Source: Octopus vulgaris
Taxonomy: Eukaryota
Direction: 5' to 3'
Length of the DNA stretch: 64,000 nt
Assembly (NCBI GenBank): GCA_951406725.2
Contig: OX597822.1
Span: forward strand, 77,376,001 to 77,440,000
Part shown: positions 39,908 through 52,285 of the stretch, piece by piece
Layout of the letters: the number at the start of each line of letters is the position of its first letter
Position numbering within the stretch: the first letter of the stretch is position 1
Made by a program: the position numbers and the translations under genes
Notes under the pieces: model-generated
The model's database searches: none
What the model saw: only the letters and a program-made list of their open reading frames with translations
Told to the model about the DNA's origin: nothing

Positions 39908-40126
39908 TGTGGGGTGCTGAAAAGTTCCTGGCTTTAAGGGTATCGGGAAAGGCCTGATTGGAGTGCCAACCTTCCGAGTTCTTTTTACAGGGCTTAGAAA
40001 AACTGAAGGACCACTGCCACAAGTGTGTGACTCTGAGAGGGGAATATGTTGAATAAAATCATAATTAACTGATCCTCCTGTATTTTCTTTTACCCAAAGC
40101 CAGGAACTTTTCAGCACCTCCTCACA
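39908..40126 (+). mobile_element. Non-autonomous mariner (internal deletion derivative)
   Basis: TIRs GGTGCTGAAAAGTTCCTGGCTTT / AAAGCCAGGAACTTTTCAGCACC flanked by TA. Retains the transposase C-terminus EFFLQGLEKLKDHCHKCVTLRGEYVE*. Confidence 0.88.
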
Positions 40127-40135
40127 TATATACAT

Positions 40136-40760
40136 AGGAAGACATGGGATGAGGTGGTCAAGCATGACCTTCAAACGTTGGGCCTCACAGAGGTAATGAC
40201 GAAAGACCAAGACCTCTGGAGATATGCTGTGACTGCGAAGATCCGACAAATAAAGTGAGTCCACAGCGTATCCTACACCAGCTTTACATAACCAGCCCCA
40301 GCCCATTCAAAGTACCTTGAATTGTAGGACGATCTACTGTGGTTACCTTGGATCGTAGGGCAACCTGCTGTGCTTGAGGAGACCTATTGAGTCACGTACA
40401 TCAACATCAAAATAAAAATCAAATGGAAATTGTAGTTGTGATACCCATGCCAGTGGCAAGTAAAAAGCACCATCCGAACATGGCTGATGCTAGCGCCGCC
40501 TTGACTGGCTTCTGTGCCGGTGGCATGTAAAAAGCACCAACCGATTGTGGCTGTTGCCAGCCTTCTCTGGCCCCTGTGCCGGTGGCATGTAAAAAGCACC
40601 CACTACACTCACAAAGTGATTGGCATTAGAAAGGGATTCCAGCTGTAGAAACACTACCAGATCACACTGGAGCCTGGTGCAGCCTCCTGGCTTCCCAGAC
40701 CCCGGTTGAACCATCCAACCCATGCTAGCATGGAAAACGGACGTTAAACGATGATGATGA
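40136..40760 (+). mobile_element. 3' end of an RTE-clade LINE (ORF C-terminus, long 3' UTR, (GAT)n tail)
   Basis: 40136-40258 translates RKTWDEVVKHDLQTLGLTEVMTKDQDLWRYAVTAKIRQIK*, a typical RTE C-terminus. It is followed by GTGGCAYGTAAAAAGCACC repeats and ends GGACGTTAAACGATGATGATG. Confidence 0.85.
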
Positions 40761-41153
40761 CAATGGTGATATATATATATATATATATATATAGTGTTCA
40801 TTTCATTTACCATCCCTTTTGACACGCTAATACTGTTTTGACTGGAGGTAATTAGAGAGAGTATCAACCATGGTATTTACAGTGGCTTGTCATTGTTTAT
40901 GAAGAAAACAAACAGAACAGTAAATTACAGAAATATTATAAATGATAGATATAATTCAGTGTGTGTGTATAACAGACAATTATTTAATGATGTCTCTATG
41001 AAGAATATTTGGGTGGAAAGAAATTTGCTTCCCAACTGCATGGTTCTGGGTTCAGTTCTGAACTCCATAGGACTGGGTAAGTGTCCTCTCTTGTAGCCTT
41101 ATGCTGACCAATACCGTGAGAGTGGATTTGGCCGATGGAAACTGAAAGAAGCC

Positions 41154-41192
<39 letters not shown>

Positions 41193-42439
41193 AAACATGT
41201 GTTTGTGTTTGGCTCTCCACCACCACCATCACCACACAACCAGTGCTGGTATATTTACATCCGCATAACTTAGCAGTTCAGCAAAAGAGACCTATAGAAT
41301 AAGTGCCAAGCATAGGGTTAATTCATTTGAATGGAGTTCCTTAAGGCAGTGCTCCAGCATGGCCGTAAATGTAATGACTGAAACTAGTAAAATTAAAAGA
41401 TAACTATTTCCCCGTCTTCCTGAAAGGCCGTAATGAACCTGAGCTTGGTTTGAACCTACAACATAAAGGAATTTCATATGACACTTTACCGCTTCTGCAA
41501 ACTCAGTTATAATTATAACACATTTTTTCTGTTACTTGTTTCCATCATTAAACTGTGGCCATGCTGGGCCACTATCTTAAAGAATTGACCCCAGAGCTTA
41601 ATTTTTGTTATAAGCTTGGTACTTATTCTGGTGGTCTGTTTTGCCAAACCACTAAGTTACGAGGGACATAAACAAACTAACACTGGTTGTCAAGCAGCGG
41701 TGGGGAACAAACATATACATAAAGACACACATATACACACACAAATACACCACATGCACACACACACACTCATGAGCTCCTTCTAGTTTCCATTTGCGCA
41801 AGATGTCACACAGTGGGACTGAACCCAGAACCATGTGGTCTGGAAGCAAGCTTCTTACTACACAGCCGTGTGCCTGCACCCATATTTATTAATCATTTTT
41901 ATTCTCCAGCATCCGTTTTTCTTTTCATGCTTGCATAAGTGGGACAGTTTATTTGTTGGAACAATTGTGCTTAACAGATGGATGCTTGTTCTATCTCGAA
42001 CCACTCAACTGTGAAGTAGGAGTGGAAGATTATTTTGTGTTTAGCCAGGCAAAATGTTACAAGCAGAGTTCAGTGCTCTGTTCAAGAGTGAATTGCAATG
42101 ATAATTGTGATGTCTGAACTTACAAGCATCTGGTATTATGAATAGAGGTCTAGTATTTTTAACCTCACAGTCACTGATCAGTTATGTAAACTGAAGTAGG
42201 TCCTTGTGACACCACCACTAAATGGTTGCTCAATTTGCTAGAAATAGCAGCCAAATCTACCTCATTTTACATCCTAGCATCTTAGAAAAGAAGGACACAT
42301 TGAATAATGTAGTTCTGGATTCTCTGCATATAGGGAAAAAGACAGAATGCTCAGAGTTGAAATGCCTTTGACCAAAGGTCTGCTCAGGTTCAACCTATAG
42401 CTAAGCAGCAGATTTCCTAAAATAAAGTCAATGAGTGAA

Positions 42440-42720
42440 ACTCTGTGGCTACTGTTTTTGCAGAGGACCGAAAGCACAAGTTTCATTGGACTGGACATGT
42501 TGCAAGGTTCTCAGACAACAGGTGGAGCTGTGCAGTTGCTGAATGGTGTTCAAGAAATTAGAAAAGGCAACTTGGAAGGCCTTCGTGACTATGGGAAGGC
42601 GATCTAGTTAAGCAGTTTGGATCAAGATGAAAAAGAATGGTGCAATCGAGACTGAATTGGAAGTGCATTGTGGCTAGTGGCATATAACAACATCTGATGG
42701 TCTGTGTTGATACTGTAATA
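42440..42720 (+). mobile_element. RTE-1-like LINE ORF 3' fragment
   Basis: Translates KFHWTGHVARFSDNRWSCAVAEWCSRN*KRQLGRPS*LWEGDL, matching the WAGHVAR..DxRW...GRP motif. Confidence 0.85.
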
Positions 42721-42790
42721 GCTATTCTAGTGTGACCTTGAAAAAGGTACATAATTTGGCCAGCTCCAATTTGGTTAACAAAGAAAAACA

Positions 42791-43256
42791 TTATTCACAT
42801 TGGACAGATAGATGTCCTCACCTTGTTTGTTGTTATCATGTTTTGGCTGATGTACTCTCCAGCCTTCATTAGGTGTCCTGGAGAATTTCAAACGCAACCC
42901 TTTATTTGACTAATGGGGTAATTTGTTCTCATTCCTAAGGTATTTTTTATTGATGTTATTATTATTATTATTTATTCAAGTCACTGCCTGGGATTGAACC
43001 TGGAATCTTGGGGTTAGTAGCCCACACTCTTAACCACTATGTTATATGCTTGTGGGCAGTTATACATTGAATTAATAATAATGATAACATCAGCAAAAGA
43101 TACCTTAGGAATGAGAACAGAGTACCCCATTAGTCATATAAGGGTTTGGGTTTGAAATTCCACCAGAACACCTGATGAAGGCTGGAGATTACATCAGCTG
43201 AAACATTGTGGTAACAACAAACAAAGTGAGGACACTTATACGTCCAATGTAAATAA
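42791..43256 (-). mobile_element. tRNA-headed, hammerhead-tailed fold-back retroelement
   Basis: About 180 bp inverted arms (42791-42970 and 43073-43256) enclose a tRNA-like head on the minus strand (TAACATAGTGGTTAAG...GGTTCAATCCC, 42980-43050). Confidence 0.7.
43167..43212 (+). ncRNA. Minimal hammerhead motif in the right arm of a fold-back element
   Basis: CAC-CTGATGA-A-GGCTG-GAGATTACAT-CAGCT-GAAA-CA-TT-GTG. A mutated inverted copy lies at about 42833-42877. Confidence 0.65.
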
Positions 43257-43747
43257 CTTATACCAGTGTCACATAACAAGCCCAAAAGTACCTTAGATCA
43301 TAGGGCAACATGCTGTGCTTGTGGAGACCTATTGAGTCAAGTACATCAACATCAGCAATATCAAAATCAAATCAAATGGAAATTGTAGTTGTGAGCCCCG
43401 TGCCGGTAGCATGTAAAAAGCACCATCCAAACGTAGCCGATGCCAATGCCACTTTGACTGGGTTCTGAGTTGGTGGCACGTAGAAAGCAACCATTACACT
43501 CTTGGAGTGGTTGGCGTTAGGAAGGGCATCCAGTTGTAGAAACAATGCCAGATCAGATTGGGGCCTGGTGCAGCCTCCTGGCTTCCCAGATCCCAGTCAA
43601 ATCATCCAACCCATGCCAGCATGGAAAACAGATGTTAAACGATAATAATGATGATGATGATGATGACAGAATTCCTCAACTCTAAAATATAGAACAAAGA
43701 GAAACAATTGATCCACTTCAAATTCATAGATGAATGATTAATAGTCA

Positions 43748-44212
43748 GGAGTGACTGTGTGGTAAATAGCTTGCTTACCAACCACATGGTTTCAGGTTCA
43801 GTCCTACTGTGTGGCACCTTGGGCAAGTGATTTTTACTATAGCCTCGAGCTGACCAAAGCCTTGAGAGTGGGTTTGGTAAACGGAAACTGAGAGAAGACT
43901 GTTGTGTATGTGTATATATATATATATGTGTGTGTGTATTTGTGTGTCTGTGTTTGTCCCCCCACCATCACTTAAGAACCAGTGTTGGTGTGTTTACATC
44001 CCAGTAACTTAGCAGTTCGACAAAACAGACCTATAGAATAAAAACTAGGCTTACAAAGAATAAGTGTCCTGGAGTCGATGTGCTCCAGCATGGCCACAGT
44101 CAAATGACTTACTAAGAATAAGTCCTGGGGGGGGGCGATTTGTTTGACTAAAGGCGATGCTCCAGCATGGCCACAGTCAAATAACTGAAACAAGTGAAAG
44201 AATAAAAGAGAG
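43748..44212 (+). mobile_element. SINE family A copy with a duplicated 3' segment
   Basis: Full head-to-tail match to 50914-51340. The GCTCCAGCATGGCCACAGTCAAAT block occurs twice. Confidence 0.88.
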
Positions 44213-45042
44213 AATAGAAGAATATATAAACGGCAACAGAATCTTGCTTCTGATTAAAAATAGATCCTTCCCCATGATGTCCTGGTTATATAAGATATGT
44301 ATACAAGCATAGGATTGTTAGATGGCACCAGGCAATTGTACTCATTGCAGCAAAATGTTGTGTTGTACGAGAAAAGAATGGTTACTTCAACTACATGAGT
44401 ATATTGAACACTAATTAATTCGTTACTATTAACAGGAGATGTTCTGTGTTTTTCAAATTAGAAAGAGAAACTGAATGTATTCTCCTGTACAGATGGGACA
44501 AATACGAAGTTAGAGCAGCTAGGGAGCGTCTGTTAATTATACTCGTTGTAGAGGGAAGTTATGTTAAGAAGTAACCGAATATTTACATTGGTGACATGTG
44601 TATATCGACTACTAATTAATTATCTAATTGACTTCAGGGCTAAATAATAACAACAACAACAACAACAACAATATTACAGTGTAAATAAAGTATGCTAAAT
44701 TGAGATAGAAAATGTGAGAACAGTATTTTATATTCTCTCTCTGATCTGATCTGACACTTAAGGTAACAGTTGTGAAATTGGATGCAGGCATCACAGAGAC
44801 TAATGTCAGGTTACGAAACAAATTGAATATGTATTTCTTTTATACATATAGTGTGTCTGTGTGTGTGTGTGTGTATTAATCAATCTATCTATCTGTGTGG
44901 TAAGTAGCTTGCTTACCAACCACATGGTTCCGGATTCAGTCCCATTGCGTAGCACCTTGCGCAAATGTCTTCTACTATAACCTTGGGCTGACTAAAGCTT
45001 TGTAAATGGATTTGGTAGACGGAAACTGAAAGAAGACTGTTG

Positions 45043-45073
<31 letters not shown>

Positions 45074-45330
45074 ATCTATCTATCTATTTGTCTATCTATC
45101 CATCTATTTATGTGTCCGTCAGTCCATCTATCTATCTATCTATCTGTCTGTCTGTCTGTTTGTTTTGTCTGTCTATGTATGTATGTATGTATGTATCTGT
45201 CTGTCAGTCTGTGTGTCTATTTGCCTGTCTGTCTTGTCTATCTCTCTATCTGTCTATCTCTCTATCTGTTTATCTATGTATCTATCTATCTATCTATCTC
45301 TCTCTCTGTCTCTCTCTTTCTCTCTCTCTG

Positions 45331-45363
<33 letters not shown>

Positions 45364-45665
45364 GTAGCTATCTATCTTTCTGTCTATCTACCTACACATG
45401 TGCCCACAGACATCAATCCTTATTTACATAGGCACTGACTATGTGGTTAAGAAACCCATTTTACAGCCAGGTGGTTTCAGGTTCAGTCCCATTCTATAGA
45501 CAAGTATCTGCTAATCTCTTAGCCTTAGGCCAACTATTGCCTTATGAATGAATTCAATAGTCAGAAATTGTGCAAGCCCATCACTTACACACATACACAC
45601 ACATTTACGGGTGAGTGGACAAATGAAAGAAAGAAGCACTCAATACATTTAGTGGGTATTACATA

Positions 45666-45903
45666 CATGGTTGGTCAAAAGTCACCTGACAGTAAATCAA
45701 AACCGCTTAATTCCAAGATTAAAACAAAAAAAATATCGTATATGAGACTTTGCTAATAAATAGACAAATGTTGAAAACAAAAAACGATTTTAACTCACAG
45801 CATTCAATTATTAAACATTCATAATTGGAATGAATAAATAAAATTGAATATTAAATATTTTTGGAATTTTGAATTACTGTTCGGTGACTTTTGGCCAACT
45901 CTC
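45666..45903. mobile_element. Tc1/mariner-type MITE
   Basis: TA|CATGGTTGGTCAAAAGTCACCTGACAGTAA ... TTACTGTTCGGTGACTTTTGGCCAAC imperfect TIRs with an AT-rich interior. Confidence 0.75.
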
Positions 45904-45904
45904 T

Positions 45905-46296
45905 CTTACTCTTTTACTAGTTTCAGTCATTTGACTGTGACCATGCTGGAGCACAGCCTTTAGTTGCGCAAATCGATCCCAGGACATATTCTTTGTAAGC
46001 TTAGTACTTATTCTGCCGGTCTCTTTTGCCGAAGTGCTAAGTTACCGGGATGTAAACGCATCAGCATCGGTTGTCAAGCTATGTTAGGGGAACAAACACA
46101 GGCACACAAACATATACACACACTTACATATATATATATGGATATATATACATGACGTCTACCAAATGTACTCACAAGGCTTTGGTCAGCCCAAAGCTAT
46201 AGTAGAAGACACTTGCCCAAGGTGCCAAGCAGTGGGACTGAACCTGGAACCATGTGGTTGGTAAGCAAGCTACTTACCACACAGCCACTCCTGTGC
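45905..46296 (-). mobile_element. SINE family A copy
   Basis: Reverse-complement match to 50914-51340. Confidence 0.88.
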
Positions 46297-46420
46297 CTAT
46301 ATATATATATAAATTCCTGTTAAAGGCCGAACATACATTCATTCGATAAATTATATATACAAGAATATTTTGTGTAATAAGATAAAAAACCATTATCTCT
46401 TATATATATATATATATATA

Positions 46421-46643
46421 CAGTAATTCTTCGACTGTCATGGATGTTATGTTCCAAAACCCCCCGTGATAGGTGAAAATCTGCAAAGTAGAAACACCAC
46501 TGTACTGTATATTTTTTAAAATTATTTTTATAATTTGCATATATCTATTTTATTATAAATGCAAAACAAAACCATGGCGGAATCGACGTAAGCTTAAATA
46601 ATAAACCACAGTAAGTAAACCACAATATGGTGAGGGATTGCGG
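46421..46643. mobile_element. pogo/Tigger-type MITE
   Basis: TA|CAGTAATTCTTCGAC ... ATATGGTGAGGGATTGCG degenerate TIRs. Internal CCCCCGTGATAGGTGAAAATCTGC resembles Tigger-derived MITEs. Confidence 0.6.
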
Positions 46644-46644
46644 A

Positions 46645-46982
46645 GACCCCCTTCAATCATGACTGACCATGGGATTGCACCTGGAAAGTTACCCTCCCAG
46701 GCACAAGTCCGGGCAAGGTTGTTTTTATGGAAGACCAGCTGTCACCCATGCATACCAGCCTCCCTGCTCCATGCCACCAATGTTATCCAAGGGAAAGGCA
46801 AAGGGGCCAATACAGCTTGGCACCTGTGACGTCACAACTCATTTCTACAGCTGAGTGAACTGGAGCAACATGAAATAAAGTGTCTTGCTCAAGAACACAA
46901 CACGCAGCCCGGTCCAGGATTCAAACTCACAACCTCACGATCGTAAGCTCGACGCTCTAACCACTGAGCCATGTGCCTTCAC
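46645..46982 (-). mobile_element. SINE family E copy
   Basis: Reverse complement of 2207-2537. Confidence 0.85.
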
Positions 46983-46996
46983 TGGCAAGGGATTTC

Positions 46997-47050
<54 letters not shown>

Positions 47051-47119
47051 TACATACACACACACATATATAAGAAAATGAGATGAAAAGGAATAAATAA
47101 TTATCTTATGAAGTTCATT

Positions 47120-47200
47120 GGCTTACAGTTGTTTCTGCTGTGAGATGCAGTGGACTCACAGTTCAGTGCCTGGGTAACACTTTATAGCTTCATCAGAGCC
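47120..47200 (-). ncRNA. Type I hammerhead ribozyme motif
   Basis: Minus strand GGCT-CTGATGA-AGCT...AGCA-GAAA-C-AACT-G-TA-AGCC. Intact core and 4 bp stem I. Confidence 0.75.
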
Positions 47201-48060
47201 TTGAATATTTATATATTTGTGTGCGTGTTTGTATATGTCTTTATATCTGAGTTTGTCTACCCTATAACTGCTTGAAAACTGGTGTTGATTTTTTTTTTTT
47301 ACATCTTCATAACTTAGCGGTTCAGCAAACAACCTGATAGAGCAAGTACCAGACGTTAAAAAAAAAAAAGGACTTGGGTCAATTTATTTGACTAAAACCT
47401 TTCAAGGTGGTGCCCCAGCATGGCTGCTGTTCAATAACTGATACAAATGGAAGGTAAACGGTACACAGTAAGAATTCACGCAAATGTAAAAATTTTGAGA
47501 ATGTGTTGAATCAAATGGGTTTCATTGTGAACCCCAGATAAGATGTACACTTCGTTATTCAGGGTGTTTGACCCAAGATAACACTAGTTTATAAGCCTGC
47601 CTTGTACATAAATCTGTAGGACATTGTCCCTGTGTCGGGCCCTGCTCCCACATCTCTAAAATAATGTCAACGAGGGTGGGGTTATAAATACATTCAAATA
47701 TCCACACTCACATAGTTACATTCATATACACACACAATTGGTCGCATTTTCAGAGACGTCAATCTGGTTTCTATGGTAACACAACAACCATCATAGCAAA
47801 GAAAGAAAGAAAGAAAGAAAGAATTCTGCATAGATACACACAATCACACACACATACACACATGCAAAACTGAATGACGAAAGGAAGTTTCAAAAATACA
47901 TATACATATATATGCATGCACACAACCATGTAATAAATATAGAAATATTTACACACACGCACATACGTATATATACACACACGTATATATGTACACACAC
48001 ATATACCTACATATACATACATACATACATATATATGTATGTGTATATATATGTGTATGC

Positions 48061-48101
<41 letters not shown>

Positions 48102-48236
48102 CACATATACACACATATATATATATGTATCTATAAATAAATATATATGTATATATACATACATATATATACATTTATATATACATATATACATTTATAT
48201 ATATATATACCGGAGTAAACACATAAATGTACATAT

Positions 48237-48289
<53 letters not shown>

Positions 48290-48326
48290 TATACACATAT
48301 ATATTTATATGTGTGTATGTGTGTGC

Positions 48327-48371
<45 letters not shown>

Positions 48372-48489
48372 TGTATGTACAAATATAAAAGTGTTTTGTA
48401 TCTGTGCATCTAGTTGGCCTTTCATGCCAGTATCTGTGTTAATAGAGGCAGTGACTTTGAAGTATTTCTGTGCGTGAAATTATGAGTCA

Positions 48490-48850
48490 TGCAACAGATC
48501 TTGCATTAACTTCTGTTCTATGTTCTGTGGAGGTGAGGGAATATGTTGGCTCAAATGAGATGGCATTAGAATTAAGGCAGATAGCAGTAATTATGACAAA
48601 AGGGTCAGTACGTAATATGGGAAGGAAGTGTGAGTGATCAGGTAGGTTTTAGAGCTGATGGCAGAGGAGTTGTTGGAGGGAAACTTTTAGGGTTTTTGTT
48701 CCGCATGCTGCATTTCAGTCACAGAGTCCAGTATAGAAATAATAACAAATGATAAGAAATTGTTATTTTAGGGTTCGTTTGGGGTGAAGAAGGATGGCAA
48801 AGGACACTTAGACTTATTGTTGAGTAGTGTTAGTGAAGCAGTGGCTACCA
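48490..48850 (-). mobile_element. Possible old CR1/L2-group LINE 3' fragment
   Basis: Non-repetitive block with weak eroded similarity to CR1-group C-termini. No clean motif. Confidence 0.3.
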
Positions 48851-49261
48851 TTCTTGTGGACCTGTGCATTGTACATGGGCTTTGAAACAAAACAAAATCA
48901 AGGTTAGTATCAAAAGGGTTAAAAGAATGATGACGAAAGTACTTTGACTAACATAACAAACAACCAAATTGATTGTTCTACGGATACCTTAAACAAACAA
49001 TTGAATAGTTAAGAACACAGAAGCGTGTGAATTATTATTATTGGTGTTATGGCTCTAATTACACATCGATTTCTATTGCGTATTACTGTTTGTCCATCAT
49101 CCCAGACTCCAACCACTTGTTAGTCAATTATAATGAGTTTCTCTCTGATACTTTTCCTTACGATGATAAAGTGGGTCTCCTAACAGTTCATGTAATCTAT
49201 CAAAATCTTACCCTTTCACATTGTCTCAGCTTTTCATTTTTTCATTAAACAAATCAAAATA

Positions 49262-49680
49262 GATGAACATCAATGGAATTTGTATCTTTGTGGTACCAGT
49301 GCCGGTGGCACACAAGAAAACCATCCGAACGTGGCCGTCGCCAGTACCGCATCGACTGGCCTCCGTGCTGTGGGCACGTAACAAACACCATCCGATCGTG
49401 GCCGTTCGCCAGCCTCGTCTGGCACCTGTGTTGGTGGCACATAAAAAACACCATTTGAGCGTGGCTGTTCGCCAGCCTCGTCTGGCACCTGTGTCGGTGG
49501 CACATAAAATCACCCACTACACTCTCGGAGTGGTTGGCGTTAGGAAGGGCATCCAGCTGTAGAAACACTGCCAGATCTGACTGGCCTGGTGCAGCCTTCG
49601 GGCTCCCCAGACCCCAGTTGAACCGTCCAACCCATGCTAGCATGGAAAGCGGACGTTAAATGATGATGATGATGATGACG
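49262..49680 (+). mobile_element. Young (CpG-retaining) RTE 3' UTR copy
   Basis: Matches 40400-40760, with many intact CpGs and a (GAT)n tail. Confidence 0.85.
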
Positions 49681-49982
49681 ATGTTTCCAATCGCTAATAT
49701 CTCAATTGTTATTTTTGTCTTCCTGTTCATTGCTCCTGTCATTTTCAAAACTGCCTTGATTTATACTAACTTCTCTTAGCTAAGTGTCACCTGTTTTATT
49801 CTGATCCTACTCTTTACTCCCCGCCCCTTTCACCTTCCCAACCTCTCCTACTAAAAGCAATACTCTGTTGTCTCTTTGTAATAGACCTTTCCCATACGTA
49901 TCTTCAATTTGATATTTGGTTTGCATGATTCTTGTTGTGAATTCATGTGTTGAATCAAATTTTGTTGTGTCTTAAGACTGTT

Positions 49983-50458
49983 GTAACATTACTGTATTTC
50001 TGTTGAGATGCTCTATGTTTCTTTCAATTACATTAAGTATAACAAAGAAATTTAGTAAAATAACTTAGTTATCGTTAAGCTAGTGTTAGGAACATAAATT
50101 GTGACTAAGGTTTGGTGGAAGATTTTAATTCAAAACTTATGAAAACAAAACATTTGTACTACAGAGCCAGAAGCGGTTTCAGCCAGGTGGGTAATGAAAG
50201 GGTTAAGAATTGCTTCTCTATTATATAATTTAACCCTTTCGTGACCATTATTCTGTTGAGATTCTCTGTTTTTTGTTCAATTAATTTTAAATATAACAAA
50301 GAATTGAGTAAAATAACTTAGTTATCATTCACCTAGTGTTAGGAACATAAATTGTGACTAAGGTTTGGTGGAAGATTTTTATTTAAAACTTTTGGAAACA
50401 AGACATTTGTACTCAGAACCAGAGGTGGTTTCAGCCAGGTTACTATCAAAAGGGTTAA
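49983..50458 (+). mobile_element. Second tandem dimer of the TTAA-flanked MITE
   Basis: Units end AAAGGGTTAA at 50206 and 50458, and the second starts TTAACCCTTTC at 50230. Body matches 3365-3843. Confidence 0.75.
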
Positions 50459-50537
50459 GAGAATGATGAGAAAGAACTTTGACTAACATAACAAACAACC
50501 AAATATATATATGTACATATATGTATATATATATATG

Positions 50538-50895
50538 TACATAATAAGAAACTGGAGAAAACCACAGATGAACCAACACATCGATTGAACCACATGTATA
50601 GCTTATTTTTTAATATAAATTATGACATAGCAAAATAAATGATATTATGTGATGCTTTGTATTAAAAAATAAGCTGTAAATGTCATCCAATCGATGTTTT
50701 GGTTCATCTGAGGTTTTCTCCATTTTCTAATTATTTGCATTTGCTTCCTGATAAATTCTTGTTTATCCTGTTGCACTCTACGTGTTTGGTGTGCACACCA
50801 ATGCGCAAGGATAATACAGGTAACGGATACCGATAGTATTTACGGATATTTTATCCCTTGGTCAGTTACTATAACTGCTAACTCTGTTTACATTA
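50538..50895 (+). mobile_element. Penelope-like fold-back element in (TA)n
   Basis: Inverted arms about 50540-50620 and 50655-50735 with CTCCATTTTCT. Tail GGTAAC...GTATTT..GGATATTTTATCCCT resembles 13715-13757. Confidence 0.55.
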
Positions 50896-50913
50896 TATAT
50901 ATGTAAACAGAGT

Positions 50914-51077
50914 AGGAGTGGCTGTGTAGTAAGTAGCTTGCTTATGAACCACATGGTTATGGGTTCAGTCCCACTGCGTGGCACCATGGGCAAGTGTCTT
51001 ATACTATAGCCTCGGGCCGACCAAAGCCTTGTGAGTGGATTTGGTAGATGGAAACTTAAAGAAGCCCTTTGTATATA

Positions 51078-51132
<55 letters not shown>

Positions 51133-51340
51133 GTGTGTATATGTTTGTGTGTCTGTGTTTGTCCCCCTAGCATCGCTTGATAACTGATGCTGGTGTGTTT
51201 ATGTCCCTGTAACTTAGCGGTTCGGCAAAAGAGACCGATAGAATAAGTACTACGCTTACAAAGAATAAATCCTGGAGTCGATTTGCTCGACTAAAGGCAG
51301 TGCTCCAGCATGGCCACAGTCACAAGACTGAAACAAGTAA
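50914..51340 (+). mobile_element. tRNA-derived SINE family A (CORE-like block, internal TA/TG microsatellite), full length
   Basis: A-box-like GTGGCTGTGTAGT and B-box-like GGTTCAGTCCC. The family carries CCTTGGGCAAGTGTCTT and the tail GACTGAAACAAGTAAAAG. Other copies near 2818-3205, 21480-21700, 30168-30573, 41008-41400, 41530-41875, 44893-45045, 51610-51850, 54470-54700, 62490-62790. Confidence 0.88.
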
Positions 51341-51835
51341 AGCTGCAAAAACTTCATCAAAACAGGTATTCAGAGTTTCACGTTCCTGTTTGTTGAACAG
51401 TTTTGGTTGAGAAAAAAACTGTCCGACAAATGGGAGCATGAAACTCTGAGTACCAGTTTCTGTGATGTTTTTACAGCTTTATTGATAAAGCACATTACTC
51501 TACTTCCGGTATTTGAGTACTATTTTTTGCCACCTCATTTCACATTTATGTGCTTACTCTGGTATATACAGTATGAGCAGATATATATGTAAGTATAAGG
51601 AAGAATGTGTTTTTACTCTTTTCTATTACTTGTTTCAGTCATGTGACTGCGGCCAAGCTGGAGCACTGCCTTTAGTCAAGCAAATCAACCCCAGGACTTA
51701 TTCTTTGTAAGCCTAGTACTTATTCTATTGGTCTCTTTTGCCGAACCGCTAAGTTACAGGGACGTAAACACACCAGCATCAGTTGTCGAGTGATGTTGGG
51801 GGGACAAACACAGACACACAAACATATACACACAC

Positions 51836-51922
<87 letters not shown>

Positions 51923-52177
51923 ATTCCATCGGTTACGACAATGAGGGTCCCACCTGATACGATCAACAGAACAGCCTGCTTATGAGATTAATGTACAAGT
52001 GGCTGAGCACTCCACAGACATGTGTACCCTTAATGCAGTTCTGAGGGAGATTCAGTGTGACAAGGCTGGCCCTCGGAGCAATGTGAAATAAAGTGTGTTG
52101 TCAGGAATTGAACTCACAACCTTACGATCATGAGCGGAATGCCCTATAACTAAGCCACGTGCCTTCACACACACACA

Positions 52178-52212
<35 letters not shown>

Positions 52213-52239
52213 CAAACTGTCTGATGAACTGTCTAGCAA

Positions 52240-52285
52240 AAACTGTCTGATGAACGGCAACGAGAAACTCAGAGTAACAGATTTT
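52240..52285 (+). ncRNA. Minimal type I hammerhead ribozyme motif
   Basis: CTGT-CTGATGA-ACG-GCAA-CGA-GAAA-CTCAGAG-TA-ACAG. Intact core and near-palindromic stem III ACTCAGAGT. Confidence 0.75.
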
